64,000 nt of DNA. It comes from Octopus sinensis. Its lineage: Eukaryota. The DNA is taken from assembly GCF_006345805.1 (NCBI RefSeq), contig NC_042999.1, positions 156,302,001 to 156,366,000 on the forward strand, written 5' to 3'. Every line of letters begins with the position of its first letter. The first letter of the stretch is position 1. The position numbers were made by a program, and so were the translations under genes. Below the pieces are notes generated by a model. It did not search any database, was not told the DNA's origin, and saw only the letters and a program-made list of their open reading frames with translations. Of this stretch, positions 1 through 12,911 are shown one piece after another.

Positions 1-1282
1 TTATGGGCTTGCTGTGATAAATAAGATTTTGTCCCTATTCTAAAACTAAATTGTTTGATGAGGTGCATAAGTCTGGCTGCAGAATAGAACAGGTTGTGTA
101 ACAGGTTCTCTTGGTGGCTCATATTTCTTACATAGTTATTTTAAATTTTAACACTGTCTCTGAGGCCATCAAATTACCAATGTCATCAGTGTGGGCTTTG
201 GGGTTTGCTTGTTTCACATTCTTGATTCTAACTTCTGCTAATCCCTACTCTAGAACCTCTTTAGTTGTATTTAGGTGTGAGATTAAAACACATGTATCAG
301 ACAATGAAGACATTCCATGCAAGAGAAATGTCATTTTTATTTTCACATTTTTTGGGTTTTTTTTACACCCTTTGGATGGTTTCAGAAGCATAGCAGTTTC
401 TCTTTGAGGAGGGGTTACTTGCCCCTTGCTCAATCCATCTGCATTTCTGGAGAGAGGAAAGCTGAGACAACTGGATGCTGATGATTTGGTATAGCTAATT
501 GGGTGTTCAACCTGTTTTGGTGCTGGAGGCAAACACTCACATTTCTATATGTGCAGAAATATATAAATAGAAAGAGTGAGCAGAGAGTGTTGATTCAGTG
601 ACACCAAAATGGATGTGTTGTAATATCTCATACCCAGCTGAAGTGTCTTGCACAATCCTTCTTTTGGTGCAACCTAGCCAATTCATGAACAAGAATAGAC
701 TGAAATAAGTACTTGGTTGGTTATTTATTTATTGACTCCAGTGGGACAAAAAAATAACAAAGTTGGCATCATTGGGATTTGAACACAGAGCATAGAGATC
801 TGGAATGAATACCTCAATAAAACTATAAATTAGAAATTTACAGGAATAATTGTTCAGAGATGTTGATGTTCATGTCTTTGAAATGTGTTTCATGTTAACC
901 CATTAATGCCCATGGTCCTTTCTTTAAGACCAGAAAGGTAACCCAACATTTTTCTGTAACACCTGTATTTTTCTAAGATACCTTTAGTTAGTCATCAAGA
1001 CTGGAGTGTCTTTCAAATATTGTAATAAAAATTTTTAATAAATTTAGTATCAGATAAATTTGTATGAAAATAGATTTTTGGTAATAAATTAAATTAAAAA
1101 AATTGGGGCTTGTAGAATGAAATTTTAATATTTTAAGAAATTCTAATATTCCAGTTATTATTTCTTGTGGAAAGGCACAAATACTCCAATGTCTTATTCC
1201 CCTCCTTCCCTGTAAATAAGTGATCAAATGTGTTCCACCTACAGCAACTCTGACATTGTCCAATATTTTATTTTCCATTTGG

Positions 1283-1580
1283 GCCTGGTGCCTAGAGTAG
1301 AAAAGAATAAATTAAGTACCAGTTGCATGCTGCTGGGGTCAATCTAATTGACTGCCCCCTTCCCCAAAAACTTTGGGCCTTGTGCCTAGAGTAGAAAAGA
1401 ATTAAGTACCTGTTGCATGCTGGGGGCGATCTAATCGACTGCACCTCTCCCCCAAAATTCATACCTTGTGCCTAGAGTAGAAAAGAATAAATTAAGTACC
1501 AGTCAAGTACTAGAATCAATGTAATCAACTAGCCCCTACTCCTCAAATTTCAGGCCTTGTTACTATAGTAAAGATAATTA
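1283..1580 (+). repeat. Tandem array (about 3.3 copies, ~90 bp unit) of a SINE 3' tail segment
   Basis: The motif ggccttgtgcctagagtagaaaagaataaattaagtacc recurs near 1284, 1377, 1465 and 1555. The same tail ends SINE copies elsewhere (e.g. ~40825, ~63365). Confidence 0.75.
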
Positions 1581-1772
1581 TTATTATTCAAGGATAGATT
1601 GATTGAATATTGGAGTGTTTAGCAAAATGCCTTGTGGTATTTCATTATGGCCCTTTAAGTTTCTGAGTGCAGGCCCTACCAAGCTTAACTTTGCATTTCA
1701 CTCTTCTGAGTACTAATCAAGTATTGGAGTCTCAACCTAAATTTCTGTCTTGCTTATTTAAGAAATTATTAT

Positions 1773-2134
1773 GCACAGGAGTGACTGTGTGGTAAGTAGG
1801 TTGCTTACCAACCACATGGTTCCAGGTTCAGTTCCACTGCGTGGCCACTTGGGCAAGTGTCTTCTACTATAGCCTCGGGCTGACTAAAGCCTTGTGAGTG
1901 GATTTGGTAGACGGAAACTGAAAGAAGCCCATCGTATATATATATTTATATATGTTTGTGTCTGTGTTTGTCCCCACAACATTGCTTGACAACCGATGCT
2001 GGTGTGTTTACGTCCCCGTAACTTAGCGGTTCGGCAAAAGAGACCAATAGAATAAGTCCTGGGGTCGATTTGCTTGAGTAAAGGTGGTGCTCCTGCATGG
2101 CCACAGTCAAATGATTGAAACAAGTAAAAGAGTA
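1773..2134 (+). mobile_element. tRNA-derived SINE, family A
   Basis: Box A-like tgactgtgtgg, box B-like ggttcagttcc, CORE-like cttgggcaagtg, internal (AT/GT) microsatellite and gtaaaagag tail. More than 10 copies in the window. Confidence 0.9.
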
Positions 2135-2724
2135 TTGTAAAGCACAGTGAACTAGCAAAATTATCGAAGTGTCAGCCAAACTGCTTTGCAGTATTTCTTC
2201 TGACACATTATGCTCTGAGTTCAAATCCTGCAGAGGTTAACTTTACATTTCATCCCTCCAGGATCAATAAATTCTGTATCTGAAATGCCTTTTAAATGTT
2301 ATTTTCCATAAATAAGACAAGTTATTATGCATATATTTTATAATGTTATTGTTTTGTTTTTAATTTGTTTTGCATTTATACCTTTTGTATTTTAAGAATT
2401 TTTCATGTAGTAATAATGAGAAAGTTAGCCAAAAATATTAATATTGTTTTGTTTTGGTGCCATTATTATGAAATTAACACAATTTCTTTGAGTGAAAAAA
2501 AATTGATTTTCTGTTCTTTTTCTTTTCTAGAATTGATAAAATAAGTACCAGCTATGTATTAGGGCTGATTTAATTATGATTATATAAAGTGATGGATATG
2601 GTAGAACTCCTGACAAAAATGTCTTGAAATATTACTTAGATTACATTTTTTTAAAGTTTGAGTTCAGTTGTGTTTGATTTTGCCTTTAATTCTTTCAAGA
2701 TCGATAAAATGAAATACTAGTTTC

Positions 2725-3024
2725 CAGGGCTGTGTAGTCGAAACAAAAAAACTTTGACTCTGATTCCGACTCCTGTACCATTGGCTCCTTCGACTCTGAC
2801 TCCACTATATGTATTTAAGTGATTATGGTCTACATATCTCATAAGGCATATGCCTATGCTTGTACTTTGAGTAGGTCTATATATTACAACTGGTTTATAT
2901 TAAAGAATAAAGATATTGTGAGTCGGAATCAGAGTCGGTATAGTTTTACCAACTCTGACTCTGACTACCCCTTAATTGTTTCTGAATCCGACTCCAACTC
3001 CATGACTCCGACTCCACAGCCCTG
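2725..3024. mobile_element. hAT-superfamily MITE (300 bp)
   Basis: TIRs cagggctgtg(t)agtcg / cgactccacagccctg, exact 8-bp TSD ctagtttc (2717-2724 and 3025-3032), subterminal gactcc/gactct repeats. Confidence 0.88.
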
Positions 3025-3722
3025 CTAGTTTCTAGTTTCAGTTTTCTTCACAAACCTAGAGCCAACCTGATTGGGTCCCACTTAACAACAACTGTCATGC
3101 AATGAGGTTTATATCTAAATCTACTGCAAGAAACACCATTTATATATTCACAGATTACATTGCAGATAGCTCAACTTGGGATTGATTTAATACAAATGTA
3201 ACCCTTCCCCTTAAAATCTGTGGCTTTGTGCATGTTATTATTATTTTTAAGAGTAAGGCAGGTGAGCTGGCAGAATTGTTAGCATGCCAGGCAAAATGCT
3301 TAGCAGAATTTCGTCTGTCTTTATGTTCTGTGTTCAAATTCCTCCAAGATTAACTCCAATCTTGGAGAAATTTCAGGGTTGATAAAATACTTCCAGGGTC
3401 AATAAATAAGTACTAGCTGAAACCTAGGATCAATATAATTGGCTTACGCTTCCCCCGAAATTGCTAGCCTAGTGCTAAAATTTAAATTTAAAACCATTAT
3501 TATTTTTAAGGGTGGAAGATTGGCAGAATTGCTTGAATGTTCAAAAGTATTCCAGCCATGCCCATCCCATCAATTTCTTATGTGCATGGCACCTAGGATT
3601 ACATTATTCAATGAGTATTTTTCTAAGATGGTGAGTTAATAATTTGAGGGAAAGTTGATTGCTATTTCTGGCAGGCTGAATGAATACTTACAAACACCTT
3701 CAATAGTTTTTATTGTTCAGGT

Positions 3723-4118
3723 GTACTCTTCTCTTTTACTTGTTTCAGTCATTTTGACTGTGGCCATGCTGGAGCACGCCTTTAGTCGAGCAAATCGACC
3801 CCAGGACTTATTCTTTGTAAGCTTAGTACTTATTCTATCGGTCTCTTTTGCCGAACCGCTAAGTGACGGGGACGTAAGCACACCTGTATCAGTTGTCAAG
3901 CGATGTTGGGGGACAAACACAGACACACAAACGTATACACACACATACATATATATGATGGGCTTCTTTCAGTTTCCGTTTACCAAATCCACTCACAAGA
4001 CTTTGGTCGACCCGAGGCTATAGTAGAAGACAGTTGCCCAAGGTGCCACGCAGTGGGACTGAACCCGGAACCATGTGGTTCATAAGCAAGCTACTTACCA
4101 CACAGCCACTTCTGCGCC
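3723..4118 (-). mobile_element. tRNA-derived SINE, family A
   Basis: Full-length reverse-complement match to the 1773-2134 element. Confidence 0.9.
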
Positions 4119-4584
4119 TAAGTGCAAATTTTTCTGCAAATATTTTTTTATGTTCCTCTGCAGAAATCTTTATTCTGCACCTGCCTCCCTAGAATGTTAG
4201 CTACCATTGCAAGTTCTTGTGTGGTGTCTTCCTACTAGTTTCCATTAGTACCTTGCTAATGTGGACTCAGTCATGTCATTGCATTGGAAATTTGTAATGA
4301 TATAGGAGGTAGTGTTCTAATTTAATTATAGTCAACTTCTTTTGAAATTGGTTGGTTAGTGTTTAAGCGCTATGAAGAATTTTTGCTTTGGTTATTGAAA
4401 TCAATTAAATACCGATATCTAATTTAGTCACAACTGCCCATTATTTGTACTTATGGTACAAAGCAAAAGAAAAGAAATTTTTTTGATAGACATGAAGCAA
4501 TCAGTGACTTAGAGAGGTGAGTTCTGATCTTCTAAGTGGAGAAAGGAATGCTTTTGTTTGAATTTTGTTAACATTGCTTTGAAA

Positions 4585-5310
4585 CCAAATCGTTTCAGAT
4601 TCCTTCCCACTGCACAGCACCTTAGGCGAGTGTCTTCCACTACAGGCATGGCTGTGTGGTATTCCCAACCACATGGTTCCAGGTTCAGTCCCACTGCATG
4701 GTACCTTGGGAAAGTGTCTTTACTATAGCCTCAGGCCAAACAAAGCCTTGAGAGTGTATTTGGTAGACGGAAACTGAAAGAAGCTTGTTGTATGTAGATA
4801 TAGATATATGTATGTATTTGTTATTTGTGTCTGTGTCTGTCACCCCACCATCACTAGACAGCTGATGGTGTGTTTACATCCCTGTCACTTAGTAGTTCAG
4901 CAAAAAAGAGAACGATAGAATAAGTACTAGGCTTACTAAGAATAAGTCCTGGGGTTGATTTGCTTGACTAAAGGTGGTGCTCCAGCATGGCTGCAGTCAT
5001 ATGACTGAAACAAATAAAAGAATATAGCCCTGGGCCAACTAATGCCTTATGAATGAATTTGGTAGACATAAACTGTATAGAAGCCCATTGTGTAAATATA
5101 TATATATATATACGTCTATGTATGTATCTGTGCGTGCTTGTGTATATCTCTATCACTGCTTAACAACCAATGTTTGTTTACATTCCCATAACTTAATTCA
5201 GCAAAAGAGACCAATAGAGTAAGTACCAGACTTGCAAAAAACAAAAAGAACTGGTTCATTTTGTTCAACCAGACCCTCCAAGATCATGACCCAGCATAGC
5301 CACAGTCCAT
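4585..5310 (+). mobile_element. Cluster of older family A SINE copies and fragments
   Basis: Diverged head (4643) to tail (5020), plus partial copies on both sides. Confidence 0.7.
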
Positions 5311-5338
5311 TGAAATGAGTTAAAGATATGAATCTCTA

Positions 5339-6028
5339 CAGGGTGGTCCTAAAGTCTTGTCAACCCCAACTGAAAAGTAATAAGAACAGTAGGGCAACAA
5401 TATAATATAAAACACATGTACGTACGTCAATACCAACATCAAAATAAAAATCAAATGGAATTGTAGTTAAGACACCCGTGCCGGTGACACGTAAAAAGCA
5501 CTGTTCTAAATGTGGCAGATGCCAGTGCCACCTGACTGGTGTCCGTGTCGGTGACACGTAAAAGCACCAACCGATCGTGGCCGTTTGCCAGCCCCTCTGG
5601 CCCCTGTGCCGGTGGCACGTAAAAAGCACCCACTACACTCATGGAGTGGTTGGTGTTAGGAAGGGCATCCAGCCGTAGAAACACTACCAGATCAGACTGG
5701 GCCTGGTGCAGCCTCCATGGCTTACCAGACCCCAGTTGAACTGTCCAACCCATGCTAGCATGGAAAACGGACGTTAAATGATGATGACATTCATTGACAC
5801 TGACACTGTTACACATCGAGAAGGTCTGTATGAGCACCATCATTTTCGTGGCACAAAATGATGCGACTCCATGTCCTGTATGATAATTTACAAAGCTGTG
5901 CAAAGGTTGCCGAAACAGCATCCTTCAGCTGTTGGGTATTCTGGTATTGCTCTTGTGAAACTTTCTCCTTGATAATAGAAAATAAAGACAATATTTAAAG
6001 GTGGTTACAAGACTTTCGAACCACCCTG
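5339..6028 (-). mobile_element. Internally deleted Tc1/mariner-type element carrying an RTE 3' insertion
   Basis: TIRs cagggtggtcctaaagtcttgtcaacc / cagggtggttcgaaagtcttgtaacc, both flanked by TA. Minus-strand 5809-5991 encodes QLKDAVSATF...RIILCHENDGAHT, typical of a DDE transposase C-terminus. Confidence 0.8.
5408..5790 (+). mobile_element. RTE LINE 3' UTR fragment
   Basis: Ends acccatgctagcatggaaaacggacgttaaatgatgatg, the same 3' end that follows the RTE ORF2 remnant at 54217-55186. Confidence 0.85.
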
Positions 6029-6136
6029 TAGATTCCTCGGGCTCAAGTTTTATTTTGGTGCCATATCATACCAGAATTCTAAAACAGAACATGTTAAATA
6101 TTATAACATGGTAAATGTCAATAGGATTTTTTTAAC

Positions 6137-6358
6137 CATTTCATTACCAACCCAGCTGAAACCGGCTCTGGCTCTGAGTACAAATGTCTTGTTTTCATAA
6201 GTTCTTAATTGAAATCTTCCACCAAACTTTAGTCACAATTTATGTTCCTAACACTAACTGAATGATAACTAGTTCTTTTACTAAATTCTTTGTTATATTT
6301 AAAGTAATTGAAAGACACACAAAGCATCTCAAAATAAATACAGTAACGAAAGGGTTAA
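6137..6358 (+). mobile_element. piggyBac-type MITE (~220 bp)
   Basis: ttaa-ccattt...gaaaggg-ttaa ends. Same sequence as copies at ~41128 and 45888-46581. Confidence 0.8.
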
Positions 6359-6659
6359 ACTGTTATATTTAAAACCCTTCTAAATGCTAATCTCCCTGAG
6401 ACCGTTGTTAGTTTCTAGACTTCAAAATCTTCCATTTTAGAGTGTTCATATTTAAATTAAAACTTTCTATTCTAATTTTATATAAAGAACTTTTTTTATC
6501 AGTTATGTGCTAAACATTAGCTTAATAATGGTCCTTGTTTGTCCCCTCTATGTTTAGCCCCTTGTGGCTAATAAAGAAACAAAATAAGGAAAAAGTGAAT
6601 TACTTATTCAAATTCTTCCAAATCCTTGATCTTCCTACCCATTCCATCCATTTTGCTAC

Positions 6660-7080
6660 TCACTCTTCCTGGAAGGGTCTTCAGATACATCTTCATTAAA
6701 CTTTCCTCCTGGATTCCCAAGCATGGTTAACTGAGACTATGGACATTATTGTACCATCTTCCTCTTCGTCTACTCCAACGTTTTTTGCCAGTTGGCACAG
6801 CTTGAAGAATCTTTCTTGCAATCTCTTCCTATGGTATTGTAATCATGCCTGTTGTGCCAGAGCAGTGACCTCTCAATGCAAAGAAGTAGTGGATAATCTT
6901 CAAGAGACTCCCTGATCTTTGAACTCCACACCCTATCAAGTAACATTATCCAAGGGATCCTTCAGAAGGACTCTATTTTGGTCTCTTACATTCATGTTTG
7001 TGCTCTTTTGATCATTACCTAACATTCATAATGTTGGGTGAAGAGGGGCACAAAATCTGCTTTTTTACCAACTTCTTTCC
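6660..7080 (-). pseudogene. Degenerate RTE-clade LINE ORF2 C-terminal fragment
   Basis: Minus strand reads EIARKILQAVPTGKKRWSRRRGRWYNNV...LGIQ, resembling the RTE 'G.R..GRP...W' C-terminal motif, with stops and frameshifts. Confidence 0.6.
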
Positions 7081-7597
7081 TTGATTATTCTTATATTTGA
7101 AACAATGTATTTTATTATAAATATCACAAAAGGATTAAGTAATAGATTGTTTTCTAAATTCACAAGTAATATAGAAAATGTAAGCTAGAAATAGGCGTAG
7201 GAATGACTGAAATAAGTAAAAGAGTAAATGTATTAGCAGCTAACACACACATTAACCATCATAGTAACAGAAAAGCAAAAAGCTCCAACTGTAAACAAGT
7301 TTATCTCTTAATTCTCTTTAATTTCTACTTGTAGTACTATTAAGTTACATAATTATCTTTAATTACTGCATTTGATGGCATAAATGATGCACAAGCATAT
7401 TAGATGCATCTCAATGTCTGTTTTGCATATTCCGGTCAAAAAGTTTTTAGTGCATTAAAACATGTAATTATAGGACCTAGGATGATATTTTGAGTCATTT
7501 TTGGGAAAAAAGAAAATGCATCTTATATGTCACGCCATCAAATATTATATTTCTTTTTTAGTATTAAATCATTAGATTTTTATTAATAATAAAATAA

Positions 7598-7837
7598 ACG
7601 TGCCCTTTTAATGCCTAGCCAGGCTCGTGGGCCCGGTTTCCATGGCGTATGTGTTCCCCGGCTGGACAGGACGCTAGTCCATCGCAGCGTTACTCATTTT
7701 TGCCAGCTGAGTGGACTGGAGCAATGTGAAATGAAGTGTTTTGCTCAAGAACACAACTCATCGCCCGGTCCAGGAATCGAAACCACAATCTTACGATCAC
7801 GATGCTGACACCCTAACCACTAAGCCATGTGCCTCCA
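7598..7837 (-). mobile_element. tRNA-derived SINE, family E
   Basis: Minus-strand head gtggaggcacatggcttagtggttagggtg and box B ggtttcgattcc. Diverged relatives near 34080, 47400-47560 and 48490-48840. Confidence 0.8.
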
Positions 7838-8062
7838 CAGATTTTTATTACAAAGCATATATTTATTTCACATTTTTCACACAGTTTCTAAGCATATATC
7901 AGTTAAGAGGATCTATACTTCATATTTGATAATTTTTTCTTCATTATCTGAATATAAAGAAACCAAAACACCTCCATGAAGTTAATTTGTATTTAAAGAG
8001 AAGCTAGAGAGGAATTAGCAAATGATTATGATGAATGATCATTTTCGCCATTTTCATTATCA

Positions 8063-8486
8063 TACTCTCTTTTACTCTTTTACTTGTTTCAGTCATTTGA
8101 CTGCGGCCATGCTGGAGCACCGCCTTTTGGTCGAGCAAATCGACCCCGGGACTTAAGCCCAGTACTTATTCTATCGGTCTCTATTGCCGAACCGCTAAGT
8201 GACGGGGACGTAAACACACCAGCATCGGTTGTCAAGCAATGCTGGGGGACAAACACAGACAAACAAACACATACACACACACACACATATATATAAATAT
8301 ATATATATATATACACATATATACGACAGGCTTCTTTCAGTTTCCGTCTACCAAATCCACTCACAAGGCATTGGTCGGCCTGGGGCTATAGCAGAAGACA
8401 CTTGCCCAAGATGCCACGCAGTGGGACTGAACCCGGAGCCATGTGGTTGGTTAGCAAGCTACTTACCACACAGCCACTCCTGCACC
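8063..8486 (-). mobile_element. tRNA-derived SINE, family A
   Basis: Full-length, low-divergence copy. Confidence 0.9.
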
Positions 8487-8629
8487 TCAATATTTATCTA
8501 TTGAGCAGTTTGTGTCAGCTTGTTCCTCCTCAACCAGTAAAGTTGCTTTGTGTTTATGTATGTCATTGTTCCTTTTATAACCTAACAGATTTTTCATGAA
8601 ATTTGTGGTTAAGCATTGCCATAAGTTAC

Positions 8630-8718
8630 CTCCTTGGCCCCAGCAGACAAATAGAAAAGGCACATCTCCTTCACCAGCAAAGTCATAAATTCTTTTGAGT
8701 TTGCTGCTGTTAGTCCAC
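8630..8718 (-). CDS. Candidate internal coding exon of an unidentified minus-strand gene
   Basis: Acceptor caacctctttcag|G and donor GAG|gtaact around 89 nt of non-repetitive sequence. Two frames are open (GLTAANSKEFMTLLVKEMCLFYLSAGAKE or WTNSSKLKRIYDFAGEGDVPFLFVCWGQG). No protein recognised. Confidence 0.35.
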
Positions 8719-10202
8719 CTGAAAGAGGTTGCTTCAATATAATGGTGATCAAAGTTGGAATTTTGAACTCAGAATCTACAGCTTGGGAACAGATGCCAGA
8801 AGGCATCTTGTCCGACTGGCAATTCCTCCAAACCCTTACCCTGGTCTGTACTATATGAATGTGACTTAATCTGTCATCTTAGTTACATACTACCTGGTAT
8901 CTTAGGGGCTTTAAATGGAGTCCACTCTGTTGCAATCATTTAAGCCAGATTTCCTATTTGATAGTACCACCTTCCTATCAATCTCAGAGACCCTGTAACA
9001 GGTGATGAGGTCTGCCTTTCCTCCTGACAAGAAGATAAAAAAAAAGCATAATAAATGCAAGGATTCAGTCTTTGGTGATGCTAAAGTGCTAATAATAGCA
9101 ATCCTTTCTACTTTAGGCACAAGGCCTGAAATTTTGAAGTGAGGGGCAAGTCGAGTACATTGACCCCCAGTGTTTAGCTAGGGTCAATGTATTCATCAGC
9201 CCTGAAAGGATGAAAGGCAAAGTCAACCTCAGTGGAATTTGAACCCAGAATGTAAAGTCATGGAATATTGCCCTGCATTTTACACAGCATGCTAATAATT
9301 CTGCCAGTATGCTGCCTAATAATGATAATAATAATTGTATCTGATTTAGGTACAAAACTGGAAATTTTTAAGGGCAGGAATTATTGGATAGTTGATCAGT
9401 ACTCTGTTTTATCAAGTTATGATAAATTTTGAGTTCCGATTACACCTGGGTCAAGAGAAGTCAACCTTGGTGCAATGTGAACACAGATTGCAAGGAGTTA
9501 GAAGTACCAGAAGGTATTTTGTCTGACACTGATGATACTACTAACCCATTGTCCTTAGAGAATAGTTTCTAACACAAACACAAGGCCTGAAATTGTGAGA
9601 AGTGGAGCAGATGATATCATTGACCCCATTACTTAACTAGTACTTTATCTTATTGATCCGTTATAGGTTGAAAGGCAAAGTTAACCTCAGAATATAGAGG
9701 GCTACCTGAATACCAGAATAAATTTTATTAGAATCTCTAATAGATATTACCATTAGAAATTTTAGTATTCTTTCTAATTTTGGTATTTTACTCTGAAACA
9801 ATTAAAGGATTAAAGGCAAAGTTGATTTCAGTAGGATTTGAACTCAGAACATAATAAATTGAAATAAATACCAATAAGCATTTGTCAGATATGTAAATGC
9901 TTTGCCACCTTTTGCTGCTCTAATATTGATCTCAAATTTTGGCACAAGGCCAGCAATTTAGGGGAAGGGGATAAATCTGGTCTTTCACACTTACCCTACA
10001 ATGACATTCTAAATCCTCAAAATCACAAAGTTAGGAGATAATGCATTCAATATACAAAACAATAAATAAGCATAAAATTTGGTAGAGTAATCTGAATGTT
10101 AAAGAGTTTGATTATTAAGCTGTTGGCAAATGCTCAAACCCATCCCACAACTTTCTCCCCATTTTTTTCTCTTTTTCTTTTAGTTTTTAGGTTAGATACA
10201 TT

Positions 10203-10619
10203 ATTTCTTATTTCCTTATCGCCCACAAGGGGCTAAACAGAGAGGGGACAAACAAGGACAAATGGATTAAGTCGATTACATCGACTCCAGTGCATAACTG
10301 GCATTTAATTTATCAACCCCGAAAGGATGAAAGACAAAGTCGACCTCGGCGGAATTTGAACTCAGAACGTAAAGACAGACGAAATACCTATTTCTTTACT
10401 ACCTACAAGGGGCTAAACACAGAGAGGACAAACAAGGACAGACAAACGGATTAAGTTGATTACATCGACTCTAGTGCCTAACTGGTACTTAATTTATCAA
10501 CCCCGAAAAGATGAAAGGCAAAGTCGACCTCGGCGGAATTGGAACTCAGAACGTAGCGGCAAACGAAATACGGCTACGCATTTCGCCCGGCGTGCTAACA
10601 TTTCTGCCAGCTCGCCGCC
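10203..10619 (-). mobile_element. tRNA-derived SINE family B, tandem dimer
   Basis: Minus-strand head ggcggcgagctggcagaaatgttagcacg, box B gagttccaattcc, 3' unit repeated. Confidence 0.88.
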
Positions 10620-11002
10620 TTTTCTATTTTCTATAATTCTGACGAGATGAAAATGATTTAAATTATCACTTGCTTTTTCATAGTTAAGTGCCAAGCATTA
10701 AGAATATTAAAAATAACGTTCTATTTAAAAACTTATTCAAACAATTCAACCAAACTATTCAATCTTTACTCCTATTAAACACCTTTTTGGTTTATTTTTT
10801 CTTCTTTTAATAAAGAAAACAGTGGTGCTATCTATCTATATATATATACACATAGGTGAATGAATTCTCTTCCATATAACTATAATTATAATTGAAGCCT
10901 TGTGAATTCTTAAGGCTTTCTACTAAGCCTTTCTCATTTGATTAGGCTGTGCACCTTTCATTCATTACCACTTTGAGCCTTTTATTGAATGAATGTATAT
11001 AG

Positions 11003-11046
<44 letters not shown>

Positions 11047-11259
11047 AAAACAAATTATTTATTTGTTATTTATTTATTATTACTAATTGTGTTTGTGTGG
11101 AGTTGAAAGGCTGAAAAGATGTCAAATATCCACAGCTGTTACTAATTTAGTTTAACAGCAGGATATACATACATACCTACAATCATGCATACATTCTTAT
11201 ATATATAGTGGGTTACTTTCATAACCCCTATCTTACTTTGTACTATATATATATAGATG

Positions 11260-11274
11260 ATGATGATGATGATG

Positions 11275-11305
<31 letters not shown>

Positions 11306-11384
11306 AAAGTAAGATAGGGGTTATGAAAGTAACCCACTATATATATGTATATATATATATATGTATACATATATATATGTATAC

Positions 11385-11419
<35 letters not shown>

Positions 11420-11433
11420 TGTATATATATATG

Positions 11434-11476
<43 letters not shown>

Positions 11477-11640
11477 ATATATATACATATTTAGACAGAT
11501 ACATATACATACATATACACATATATATGAATATATATATGTATATACACACACACACATATATAATATAATATATATATACATATATAGACACATACAT
11601 ACACATACATATACATATATATATGAATATATGTATATAT
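11260..11640. repeat. (GAT)n/(AT)n/(ATGT)n compound microsatellite
   Basis: Direct inspection. Confidence 0.95.
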
Positions 11641-11985
11641 AATCAGTTTGTTTTATATGACTTGATTTTTGTGTTTGGTACTTTATACCTACAAAACATG
11701 TTTTTTTTAATTTTAATTTTTATTTTGATAAAGATCTGTTGTATTGATTGAATGATAATAAAATGATATCACTTTGTTTATCAATTTTGTTTATTTTTTT
11801 CATTGCAATATTTGTATTTATTTCTCCATATTTGCATGGCTTAGATGTGTCCTAGTAAATTTTGGTAATTTAACATTTAACATACATACCTATTAGATAT
11901 TCAAGTTTCATATTGTCTCAGATTGCACCATCAGTATATCAGTCAGAAATAGCAAAAGCATGGAATGCACTGGACAAATTGAAAA

Positions 11986-12374
11986 TCTCTCTATATATAA
12001 AGCTGAAGTTGTCTGTGTGTGGCAGGTTTGGTAGCCTTCAACTAACACTATCTCCTCCGAGACCCTGCGGCGCAAGTTGACTAAAATTGAGAGTATGATA
12101 GAAGGCTTGCTTTTCCTTCTGTAGAAGGTTCAATTCAAATTGGACCATGTTAACCCCAAAAATTATTTACATCAAAAAAGTGCTTTTTTTCTATGAAAAT
12201 CCTTATTTTTTACGATTTTTTAACTGCTGTGTCACCATTTTTTGGTGTATTTCAACCAGAAAAATGTTTACTTAAAGATAATGACAAGCTACATAATGCA
12301 AAATTTTTACTTTTCAAAAATTCCACTTCTAAAGGGTCGAAACAAACCTGAGCAACGCCGGGCGATACTGCTAG
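11986..12374 (+). mobile_element. Non-autonomous Helitron
   Basis: A|TC 5' end (atctctctatatataaa), CTAG|T 3' end preceded by GC-rich gagcaacgccgggcgatactg. The identical 3' terminus occurs at 40054. Confidence 0.8.
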
Positions 12375-12469
12375 TAATTTATAAGTCTATACTTCCCAAA
12401 CTGATGAGAATGGAATTCTCCAGAGGTATAGTAGAATCAATTCTTCTTTGTAGTTCATCAGCATGATGA

Positions 12470-12880
12470 AAAGATAGATAGATAGATTGATAGATAAATA
12501 GATAGATTGATAGATAGATAGATAGATTGATAGATAGATAGATAGATTGATAGATAAATAGATAGATTGATAGATAGATAGATAGATTGATAGATAGATA
12601 GATAGATTGATAGATAGATAGATAGATTGATAGATAAATAGATTGATAGATAAATAGATAGATTGATAGATAAATAGATAGATTGATAGATAGATAGATT
12701 GATAGATAAATAGATAGATTGATAGATAGATAGATAGATTGATAGATAAATAGATAGATTGATAGATAGATAGATAGATTGATAGATAAATAGATAGATT
12801 GATAGATAGATAGATAGATTGATAGATAAATAGATAGATTGATAGATAAATAGATAGATTGATAGATAGATAGATAGATT

Positions 12881-12911
<31 letters not shown>

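Noticed and set aside
988-1278. 96-aa minus-strand ORF (MENKILDNVRVAVGG...)
   Set aside because: Its start lies in a SINE-tail repeat, the 3' half is low-complexity AT-rich sequence, and there are no recognisable motifs or splice support.
3560-6110. Plus-strand exon-like segments (about 3598-3631, 4490-4516, 6032-6110)
   Set aside because: They give no coherent or recognisable peptide. The 6032 acceptor is created by the Tc1 TIR/TA end.
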